From positions 32,001 to 96,000 of the forward strand of contig JBEKWR010000003.1 in NCBI GenBank assembly GCA_049512935.1: a stretch of 64,000 bases of DNA, read 5' to 3'. The stretch is from Candidatus Bathyarchaeia archaeon. GTDB taxonomy: Archaea; Thermoproteota; Bathyarchaeia; Bathyarchaeales; Bathycorpusculaceae. Within the stretch, counting starts at the first letter, position 1, and every line of letters begins with the position of its first letter. Below are positions 56,340-64,000 of this stretch, piece after piece. The position numbers and the translations under genes are program-made. Under the pieces are notes generated by a model that saw only the letters and a program-made list of their open reading frames with translations, ran no database searches and was not told the DNA's origin.

Positions 56340-57556
56340 TCTTTCCTCTCTCCTAAAATAGTGACGTAAGCCTTAGTTCCGAAGCCTTCAAACTCCGAAA
56401 CGCAGCCGCTCTTCGGTAAGCCGCCGTCAACGTTGACTTGACGCGTCCCAGCTTGCCCTTTCAGTTGGCGGTAAATCTCAAAAATCTGAGCCCCGCCAGT
56501 GGCGCCAAACGGGTTCCCATCCGCTTTTAACCCGCCGTCAGTGTTAACGTAAAGTTGCCTACCGTTCACTTCATAGAAGTGCTTGTTGCCCAGGTAGCTT
56601 TCGTAAATGCTTTTCCAAGCCTCTCCAGGCTTGCAGAAGCCCAAGTCCTCAAGGGAAACAAGCTCCATCACTGTTGACTGATCGTTTATTTCGATGACTT
56701 GAATGTCAGACAGGGCGGTCTTCGCCATCTGCGCGGCGTTCTTCATCGCGATTTCAGCCGCGACAAAACGAGACAGGTCCTCCCTTGCAGTGTAGTTCAG
56801 ATAGTCAGTTGCTGAAGTGCAGGCGAGAACGTGAACTGGGCTGTCGCACAGCTTTTTGGCTGCCGCCTCACTCATGAGAACCAACGCGGAAGCGCCGTCA
56901 GAAATCGGGGCGAAATCGAACATGCCCAAGGGCTTCTGCGCGGTTTTCCTCGCGTTTAGAACTTGCTGAACCGTGATTGCCCTCTGGTACTGCGCGTACT
57001 TGTTTTTGGTTGCGTTCGCGTGGTTCTTAACCGAAACCTGCGCCAAGGCAATGTTGAGTTTGTCAAGATTTTCGCCCGTTACATGATGCGCTTTAATGTA
57101 GGCTCTCAGCATCAACTCATGGTTGGATTCAGGCGTGCCGCCTGCATAGTAACTCCATGGATCCTCCAGAAGCATGAGGTCGTCGCGTATTTTGTCCCAG
57201 CGATCCGTCATTTTTTCTATGCCGCCGACCAGAACGGTGTCGTAGACTCCAGCCTGAATCGCGTGGCAAGCCGTCAACAAGGCAGCGCTGAAAGATCGGG
57301 TTGTCTCCATGGGCACATGAAGCTCAGTGAGCTCCGAGAGAAAACCCTCTTCCAAACCCAGCTTGTTCGTGATTGGGAGAAAACAGTCTGACATGTAGCA
57401 GGCTTCAAGGTCTTTGCGTTCGATGCCGCACTCGTTTGAAGCGGCAAGCCAAGCTTCCTCAATGAGCTTCTCAGGTTCTTTGCCGTAGTGCTCCCCAAAC
57501 TTGGTTCTGCCCACAGCAACTATGACCGGTCGGTTTTGCAAGACAAGACCTTCCAT
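56336..57556 (-). CDS. Thiolase-fold protein lacking catalytic residues (start 57556 or TTG 57541)
   Basis: GRTKFGE, GGIEKMTD, PISDGASA, GGLKADGNPFGATG. Confidence 0.88.
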   Translation of the reverse strand: MEGLVLQNRPVIVAVGRTKFGEHYGKEPEKLIEEAWLAASNECGIERKDLEACYMSDCFLPITNKLGLEEGFLSELTELHVPMETTRSFSAALLTACHAIQAGVYDTVLVGGIEKMTDRWDKIRDDLMLLEDPWSYYAGGTPESNHELMLRAYIKAHHVTGENLDKLNIALAQVSVKNHANATKNKYAQYQRAITVQQVLNARKTAQKPLGMFDFAPISDGASALVLMSEAAAKKLCDSPVHVLACTSATDYLNYTAREDLSRFVAAEIAMKNAAQMAKTALSDIQVIEINDQSTVMELVSLEDLGFCKPGEAWKSIYESYLGNKHFYEVNGRQLYVNTDGGLKADGNPFGATGGAQIFEIYRQLKGQAGTRQVNVDGGLPKSGCVSEFEGFGTKAYVTILGERKD

Positions 57557-57671
57557 TTTACAGTAGCACTTAACATTTTCTGGAAAGGCTATTAAGGGTT
57601 TGCCATTTCTCGCACAAAATACGCCTGAAAGGCGATTAACCAATATACCGAGCGAGGCAACTCTCATCAGC

Positions 57672-57902
57672 TTGCGATTGCTTGGGGAAAGTAAAGGCTT
57701 GTTCGCTGGTCTTCCGCAGCGGGTAGACGGCGTGTTTTACAGGTGCGAGTACATAAACCAATGCGGCAAGGTCACGCGTCAATGTTGGCAAGGCGGAAAC
57801 AGCTACTGCAGCGAATACAAAAAGAGTGTCAGCCAAAAAAAGAAGAAAAAACTAAGCAGCCGCAAGAAATTGGGTATGTTCCGCAACTGGGAACTTTTTT
57901 AA
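57672..57902 (+). CDS. Possible small Cys4 basic protein
   Basis: CEYINQCGKVTRQCWQGGNSYC followed by a Lys-rich tail. Confidence 0.35.
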   Translation: MRLLGESKGLFAGLPQRVDGVFYRCEYINQCGKVTRQCWQGGNSYCSEYKKSVSQKKKKKLSSRKKLGMFRNWELF

Positions 57903-57936
57903 GCAAATCACAACATATTCCCTTCGAGGCTGAGAA

Positions 57937-58935
57937 ATGTTCGTAGACTCAATCGACATCAAAGAATTCAGAGGCATAGAACACTGCAAAACTCCGCTTT
58001 CACTTTCCAAATTCACAGTATTAATCGGCAGAAACAACTCGGGAAAATCTTCAGTTCTGGAAGCGCTCTCTCTTCTTCCTCATCCATCGAATACACTTGC
58101 TTATACCAGTCAAAATAGATTGGGCTTTGTCGAAAAGCTGCACGGCGGAAGAACATCGATGGTTTACGGATATTCTGGCACTTCAACAATCACATATAAT
58201 CTCAAAGGTAAAATTTGGACGCTACATGTCAGCGATAATGAAAATTCTAGTGCCAGTTTAGAAATCGATGGCGTTTCTACCAGCGATATTTATGGACAAA
58301 TCGCAAACGCTCTCAATATAACCAAACTGGGTGATTTTATTTCAAAAATAAATGATGAAGTTTTCTTTATTCCTACAGATAGTACTTTTGTTGATTCGAT
58401 GTTTTCTAAGCTTAACACAGAACAATACCGTAATATTGTTACAAAAAGTGGTGCTAACGTTAATGTCGCAAAAGAACTTGTTAACAAATGTGTAGATGAT
58501 AAGTACACGGAAATCCTATTTGCACCTGACTTAAGTGCTAGGAAAGAACGAGGTGAAGGAAGGTCACCACTGTACGTGAAGGTTAAAGACTTGGGCGCCG
58601 GGATTGAGAAAACGGTGATAATAACACTTTGGCTTGAAGCACAAAAACCTTCTCTTGTTCTTTGGGACGATTTCGAGGGTTCAGCTCACCCAGCTCTGAT
58701 TAAAGTTCTGCTTGAATGGCTTAGCAAAAAACCGTGGCAGGTGGTTATGTCAACGCATAGTATTGACGTTTTAACCAGTTTACTTGAAGTCCGCCCAAAA
58801 GAAACAAAAGTTATCCAACTAAAGAAGACTGATTCTGATGTTTTGCTTCATGAGGATTTGACTTTAGAGCAATTGGAAGATGTAGTAGAAACCAGCCAAG
58901 ACCCACGAAAACTCGTCGATTTCTTAAAACTCTAG
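57937..58935 (+). CDS. ABC/AAA_15-type ATPase (OLD/AbiEii-like)
   Basis: IKEFRGI, GRNNSGKSS, DLGAG signature, LWDDFEGSAHP, MSTHS. Confidence 0.88.
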   Translation: MFVDSIDIKEFRGIEHCKTPLSLSKFTVLIGRNNSGKSSVLEALSLLPHPSNTLAYTSQNRLGFVEKLHGGRTSMVYGYSGTSTITYNLKGKIWTLHVSDNENSSASLEIDGVSTSDIYGQIANALNITKLGDFISKINDEVFFIPTDSTFVDSMFSKLNTEQYRNIVTKSGANVNVAKELVNKCVDDKYTEILFAPDLSARKERGEGRSPLYVKVKDLGAGIEKTVIITLWLEAQKPSLVLWDDFEGSAHPALIKVLLEWLSKKPWQVVMSTHSIDVLTSLLEVRPKETKVIQLKKTDSDVLLHEDLTLEQLEDVVETSQDPRKLVDFLKL

Positions 58936-58949
58936 TTCAAAGTGATAAA

Positions 58950-59602
58950 ATGCGCCCAATCAACGATTTCGGAAGAACAATGCGTGCCGAATTAGTCACT
59001 GTGGCGTTGACTGGGGACGGAAAGACTGAAGCCAACATATTGAGAGCGATGGCTGAAAGGTACAATGGTGCAGAGCATGCATTAAAACTCCCTGAAAACA
59101 TAGCCCTTCTTGGGCATGGAAATAGAAAAACCGAACACTTGACAGGCTACTCAACACTTCGAGCCGTCCAAACCTACGTAACCAAATTTGGTTTTGCCAA
59201 GTTTGTATTTCTTATGGATGTTGAACACGTTGAAACACCAAAAAATATGTGCTCTGAAATATCTGAACGGTTAAAGGCGTTGGGTTTTAGCTCGCCTAAT
59301 ATTGAAATTTTAACTAGCCAAGCTTTTTTGGTATCATGTAACCTCGGATCTAATGAAGTCTCAATTCATGTGGTAATTGCGGGAAAAAGAAGTGTGTCGA
59401 GGAAAATATAGCGGTGTTAATTCGTCTTGAATACGGAGTTCAGGTTTCACCTCGCGAGCATGATGTTCATGTTTTTCTAAAAGAGCACAGAATAGACCTC
59501 TATGGGCTAATCAAAAACTCAAACATCAACAACCTAAGAACAGCCTTCAAAGATTTAATCTCAGTATTTGAAAAAATCGAAGAGCTAAATTTAAAGAACT
59601 AG
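58950..59602 (+). CDS. TOPRIM/DUF3226-like ATPase partner split by a -1 frameshift at 59381-59387
   Basis: GDGKTE, FLMDVE; frame -1 continues GKKKCVEENIAVLIRLEY to the stop at 59602. Confidence 0.65.
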
Positions 59603-59609
59603 TAAATTC

Positions 59610-61004
59610 CTATGACCCATGGTTTATTTCGCTTATCGTTAGCTGACGCTTGAGGGTTTTGACGAGGTTTAGCAGGTTTCTGCTTAACTCGATTGGGTAA
59701 ACAGGCGCGTCCGTTAGAGCCTTGTACTCCTCTGGGAACTCGGACAGGTTCTTGGCGGCGTTAGCTCGAATTTGCTCAAGCGAAGGAAGAGCATATGTTA
59801 ATTTGCCTTTTTCCATTACTTTAACCAGCAGCGGTTCAGCCTCAAATTTTTCATCTGCCAAAGTAATCATGTCTTTCTCAAGCTTTCCCTCGGCGTCCCT
59901 GAAACGGTAAACTTGTTTTCTGCCTGGAAGCGTGATTTTGTCCTTGCTGAGCTTCATAATGGGCGTAAAATCGCCGTCAGCTCTCATGGTTTCGCAGAGC
60001 TTGTAGATCACGTCAAGGTAGGGTCTGTCGGCTGATGTGCCCATTTTGGTGCCTACTCCGAACGAATCGATCCGCGCGCCCTTGCCAAGCAGCTCTTCTA
60101 TTTTGAACTCATCTAGGTCGCCGCTGGCAAAGATTTTAACGTAATCCAAGCCTTGAGCGTCAAGGAGCTTTCGGATTCTTTTGCTCGTTTTGGTCATGTC
60201 GCCGCTGTCCAAACGAACGCCGCCCAGCTTGCAACCCTTCTTCTCAAGCTCTTTGGCTATGACGGCGGCTTTTTCCGCGCCTGAAATGTCGTCGTAAGTG
60301 TCTATCAGCAGCGTTGACTTGTCGGGGAACGTTTCGGTGAAAGCTCGGAACGCGTCGATCTCCTTCGGGTACGACATGATGAAAGAGTGCGCCATGGTTC
60401 CGAAAACTGGGATGCCGTAAACCTTCCCTGCCAAAACGTTGCTTGTGCCCTGGCAACCTGCGATGTAGCTGCTACGCGCCACCTTCATCCCAGCGTCGAT
60501 GCCTTGCTCCCTTCTCAACCCAAACTCAATCACCGGCTTACCCTTAGCCGCATGAACTACCCGCGAGGCTTTAGTGGCTATCATGGTTTGTAGATTGACG
60601 GTGTTAAGCAGGAAAGTCTCCATGAGCTGCGCCTCAATTATGGGGGCGGTAACTCGGATTAAGGGTTCATTGGGAAAAGCCAGCGAGCCTTCTGGGACAG
60701 CCCACACTTCACCCGTAAACCTAAAGCCGCGCATGTAATCCAGAAAATCCCTGTTGAAACCCTGCGTTTTAAGGTAACCCAGATGTTCCTCGGTGAACTT
60801 GATGTTTTGGAGGTACTGGAGACTCTGCTCGAGACCCGCGAAGAGGAAGTATGAGCGGTTTTCGGGCAGTCGCCTGATGAAAAGGTCAAAGGTGGCTGGT
60901 TCAAAGTTTTTGTTGTCAAAGTAGCTTGCGCACATGGTTAACTCGTAAAAATCCGTGAACAAGCTCATGTTTTCCTCTTTTAGAAAGTTAAGAAAAGAGT
61001 TCAT
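59610..61004 (-). CDS. pncB: Nicotinate phosphoribosyltransferase
   Basis: LFTDFYELTM, EFGLRR, GTMAHS, LIDTYD, VRLDSGD. Confidence 0.96.
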   Translation of the reverse strand: MNSFLNFLKEENMSLFTDFYELTMCASYFDNKNFEPATFDLFIRRLPENRSYFLFAGLEQSLQYLQNIKFTEEHLGYLKTQGFNRDFLDYMRGFRFTGEVWAVPEGSLAFPNEPLIRVTAPIIEAQLMETFLLNTVNLQTMIATKASRVVHAAKGKPVIEFGLRREQGIDAGMKVARSSYIAGCQGTSNVLAGKVYGIPVFGTMAHSFIMSYPKEIDAFRAFTETFPDKSTLLIDTYDDISGAEKAAVIAKELEKKGCKLGGVRLDSGDMTKTSKRIRKLLDAQGLDYVKIFASGDLDEFKIEELLGKGARIDSFGVGTKMGTSADRPYLDVIYKLCETMRADGDFTPIMKLSKDKITLPGRKQVYRFRDAEGKLEKDMITLADEKFEAEPLLVKVMEKGKLTYALPSLEQIRANAAKNLSEFPEEYKALTDAPVYPIELSRNLLNLVKTLKRQLTISEINHGS

Positions 61005-61334
61005 GCGTTATTAGAGAATAGGCTTGCGATTTAATTCTTTCTAGCAACGCCATCTTCTGAACGCTTAGCAAAAGCTTTAACCGTTTTAGCGGCAGCCTCA
61101 AAGAAGAACTCTCAAGAATGGGCGTAATCCCTTAAGGCAGACTTAATTCCCTTCTGCGCCTATTGCAGGTTCCTCACAAAGAAGAACAGAGACAGCCTAA
61201 TTTACGTCGATTGTTGTTGATGTTGTTGTTGATGAAACAATATTTTTCTGGAAATCATCTAACAGAGATGACCGTACAACTTCTCTCTTCTTAAAACACC
61301 TTCATAAATGAAGCACAAAACCCAAAAAAGAGGT

Positions 61335-62183
61335 CTATAAGCCAAGAACTAAGTATATCAGGCCGCTGGCTATCGCTATTATTCCCAGCGCCGCCGTCAA
61401 GTAAGTAATCTTTTGTTTTCCAGCAAATTTGATTAGGAAATCGATGAGGAACAGGCTGATAATGGTGGAAGTGACTATCGCCACGATTAAGCCTATCACA
61501 CCTATTGGAGCGATGGAAGCAGCCACGTTCGCTTTGCTCGCAACTAAAGTTAATCCGAAAGCACCCGCCGCCGCGAAAATCCCAGCGGTAAACGACAGCC
61601 TGAACGCTTCATCTGGCTCAATGCCAAGCAGAAGCATTGCGCTGGTCGTGATTCCAGACCTGCTGACGCCTGGCAACGCCGATATGCCCTGAGTTACCCC
61701 GACGATCACGTAGTCTTTTATGGTAAGGTTCTGCAGTTTTCGGGCAGTGACCCCCTTCTCAAGCCTCTTCTTCGAGTACCTTATGAGCGCCGCGTCGCCT
61801 ATGAGGACTAAGCCTATTATGAGCATGGGCACACCAACGGCAATCCCCGTGATCGAATCCGCGATAAGGTACAGTGGAGCGGCGATGACGGCGGTAATCA
61901 CTGTGACGACTAGAATGTAAAAGAAAAGTTTGCGTTTCATCTCGTCCTTAGAGCCTGCCAGCACCTGCACAAGCTTGAGCATGTCTTTCCTGAAATAGAT
62001 TATCGCAGCCGCCAACGTGCCGATTTCCATGAACAGGCCGAAAGTGTAGGCCTGCTGAAACGTCAGCTTCAGAAGGTAAGTTGAAGAAACGATTATCTGG
62101 GTTTTGCTGCTTATGGGAAGCCACTCTGAGACACCCTGAATGATCCCTAATATTATCGAATAGAGCAGTTGGATAAGAGTCAT
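61335..62183 (-). CDS. uppP: Undecaprenyl-diphosphate phosphatase (BacA/UppP)
   Basis: QGVSEWLPISS, PGVSRSG, AFRLSF. Confidence 0.93.
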   Translation of the reverse strand: MTLIQLLYSIILGIIQGVSEWLPISSKTQIIVSSTYLLKLTFQQAYTFGLFMEIGTLAAAIIYFRKDMLKLVQVLAGSKDEMKRKLFFYILVVTVITAVIAAPLYLIADSITGIAVGVPMLIIGLVLIGDAALIRYSKKRLEKGVTARKLQNLTIKDYVIVGVTQGISALPGVSRSGITTSAMLLLGIEPDEAFRLSFTAGIFAAAGAFGLTLVASKANVAASIAPIGVIGLIVAIVTSTIISLFLIDFLIKFAGKQKITYLTAALGIIAIASGLIYLVLGL

Positions 62184-62268
62184 GGCAGTTCAGCTTAGAA
62201 CTTCAGGAAAGGGCTCGGTGTAATAAAAGTTTTAGGGTTAAATCCCAAGCTAGCTTATTGCAGAGCTT

Positions 62269-63465
62269 TCAAAGCAAAGAAAATATTCCAAGTAGTCCGC
62301 CTGCAACTACTATGAGTGCTGCTGCCCAGAAGGCTATTTTCTCGTATTTTTTGAATTGGTTTCCGTTCATGACTTCTTTTTTCGTTACGAGCCTGCCCAG
62401 AAAGTACAGGGAAGGTATGAGGACCAGTGGAAAGATGAACATCATGTTAAGCATAAGCTGGATGTAACCGCTAACAACAGCCACGATGACTATGGCAGGA
62501 ACAGCTTCAAGGGCGTATATCTCGAGGAAGTTTGCTCTTGAATTAGGTCCAGATGAACGTCCTGTTGCTTCCAAAACTCCCCAAGCTGAGCCAAGGGACA
62601 CCACCACGAGGGCTAAGAAACCTGCGAATATGAATCCCAACCCCATTATGGGTTCAGCGTAGCTGCCGAAAACAGGCAGTGCCTTCGTTAACTCGCTGAC
62701 GTTGATCAGTTTGTCTCCGCTGAAAACGTTTAGCCCGACCACGACAAGTATAATCATTAGTATTTCGGAAACCACGGCACCGATCAAGGTCTCCAACCGC
62801 TCGTTTTTGAGGTCTTTAACCTGCTTGTGCCGTCGGGAATCCGCGCCTGAGTGGAAGTAAAGCATCCAGGGCATGATGACTGCGCCGACGCTGGCTGCAA
62901 GCAGGTACGCGAAGGATGGGTTGCCGTAAGGCTGAAGGGGCGAAAGACCGAGCGAAACAAACAACCCGAAGTTTACGTGGAAGACAAACGTTGAGCTTAC
63001 GATCGCGATCATGAGCAGGAAGCTTACTGGTATGAGCATTTTTTCAGCTTGGTGATATTGCCGCCCAAAAATTATCAGCGTGTGGATTCCGAAAACGATG
63101 ATAAGGCCCAGGATTACTGGGAAGCCTATGAGGGCGAAGCCGATGGCGATTCCCGCGTACTGAGCAACATACTCCAAAAAATCGCTTAAACCCATCGGAA
63201 TCGCAGCCATCACCGCGGCTTTCTTCCCAAAATTGTTCCTAATCTGCTCCCCAAGCCCCTTTCCTGACGCAATTCCCAAACGTCCCGCAGCATCCTGAAT
63301 TATAAAAAGCGGGAAAATGAGGACTGTGAGAATGAAGATCATTCGGTAACCCCAAGTTGCGCCCGCCTGGAGACCAGTGATGATGGAGGCGACGTCCACG
63401 TCAGCTATCATAACTATCCATGCAGGTCCAAAGTTTCTTAGCCAATCGCTGACTTTCTGGTTCAT
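62269..63465 (-). CDS. NRAMP-family divalent metal transporter (non-canonical motifs)
   Basis: GPAWIVMIADVDVAS, AGATWGY, RLGIASGKGL, GAVIMPW. Confidence 0.88.
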   Translation of the reverse strand: MNQKVSDWLRNFGPAWIVMIADVDVASIITGLQAGATWGYRMIFILTVLIFPLFIIQDAAGRLGIASGKGLGEQIRNNFGKKAAVMAAIPMGLSDFLEYVAQYAGIAIGFALIGFPVILGLIIVFGIHTLIIFGRQYHQAEKMLIPVSFLLMIAIVSSTFVFHVNFGLFVSLGLSPLQPYGNPSFAYLLAASVGAVIMPWMLYFHSGADSRRHKQVKDLKNERLETLIGAVVSEILMIILVVVGLNVFSGDKLINVSELTKALPVFGSYAEPIMGLGFIFAGFLALVVVSLGSAWGVLEATGRSSGPNSRANFLEIYALEAVPAIVIVAVVSGYIQLMLNMMFIFPLVLIPSLYFLGRLVTKKEVMNGNQFKKYEKIAFWAAALIVVAGGLLGIFSLL

Positions 63466-63479
63466 GACTCCTGTCTCAC

Positions 63480-63529
63480 TTAGGAGTACCTAAATTGTAA
63501 CTAGAATATAATCATTTAGGTGTGCCTAA
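63480..63529. promoter_or_regulatory. Two DtxR-family operators
   Basis: TTAGG-AGTA-CCTAA (63480-63493) and TTAGG-TGTG-CCTAA (63516-63529) between the transporter and the divergent DtxR gene. Confidence 0.75.
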
Positions 63530-63613
63530 GTCTCTTACTTCAAAAAACCAAATCAGCAAAGCCAAATCGCGAAGTCAAAACTTATATGACAATCAACAAT
63601 AATCTATTAAGTG

Positions 63614-64000
63614 ATGCTAATGTGCATCTCAGAAAGCGTTGAAGAATACTTAGAGACCCTCTGGAAGTCAGAGGAACACGGCGAAAAACTTGCGCACCTA
63701 ACCTGGATAGCAGATCATTTGGGAATAGCCGCGCCGAGCGCTCTGGAAATGCTGAAAAAGCTGGAAAAAGAAGGGCTCGTAGTTTACAAGGTACGGCAAG
63801 GTATTGAACTTACCGACAATGGAAGAGCAATAGCCAGAAGGATCGTTCGGGCTCACAGATTAACTGAGGTGCTGATGAAGGAAACGCTGAAAACCGACAT
63901 TCGTGAGGAAACGGTCTGCGGAATGGAGCACCACATGGACGAAGAATTCATGGATGCCCTGTGCACACTGCTGAAGCATCCGACAAAATGTCCGCATGGA
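63614..64000 (+). CDS. DtxR/MntR-family metal-dependent regulator (3'-truncated)
   Basis: SESVEEYLE...IADHLGIAAPSALEML...RAHRLTE...CGMEHH...CPHG; absent from the ORF track because there is no stop in the window. Confidence 0.93.
   Translation, partial: MLMCISESVEEYLETLWKSEEHGEKLAHLTWIADHLGIAAPSALEMLKKLEKEGLVVYKVRQGIELTDNGRAIARRIVRAHRLTEVLMKETLKTDIREETVCGMEHHMDEEFMDALCTLLKHPTKCPHG

Noticed and set aside
59409-59411. Amber (pyrrolysine) readthrough joining the two partner ORFs
   Set aside because: The downstream ORF is in a different frame, so readthrough cannot join them
61208-61234. GTT/GAT microsatellite-like tract
   Set aside because: Short, low complexity, no credible ORF or structure

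Overview
A 64-kb archaeal chromosomal window. Gene content (eIF6-rpl18a-pfdA-ftsY, archaeal SRP RNA, short MetRS, single-OB SSB) and many TTG/GTG starts suggest a TACK archaeon, probably Bathyarchaeia; this is inferred, not proven. Core blocks are translation genes, paaK-iorAB-paaI, metG, trpEGDCBA (no trpF), uvrBAC, a thiolase/HMG-CoA synthase pair, pncB, uppP and an NRAMP-like transporter with a divergent DtxR regulator. RNA genes are tRNA-Cys(GCA), tRNA-Lys(CTT) and SRP RNA. The most notable observations are: (1) five repeated 3' fragments of tRNA-Cys that divide about 4.8 kb into 0.5-1.7 kb integrase-free cassettes rich in toxin-antitoxin genes; (2) a thiolase with all catalytic motifs lost, coupled to a DUF35-HMG-CoA-synthase fusion; (3) IorA with an in-frame 4x[4Fe-4S] domain insertion; (4) a candidate unannotated structured ncRNA at about 2854-2997; (5) an ATPase/TOPRIM-like pair split at a canonical -1 slippery heptamer; (6) a tRNA-Lys islet with a PD-(D/E)xK protein and an integrase remnant; (7) a dispersed intergenic motif family with helically phased CGACCC repeats. 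No CRISPR array, rRNA or intact integrase/transposase was seen. All family calls are by motif recognition only; no database searches were run.
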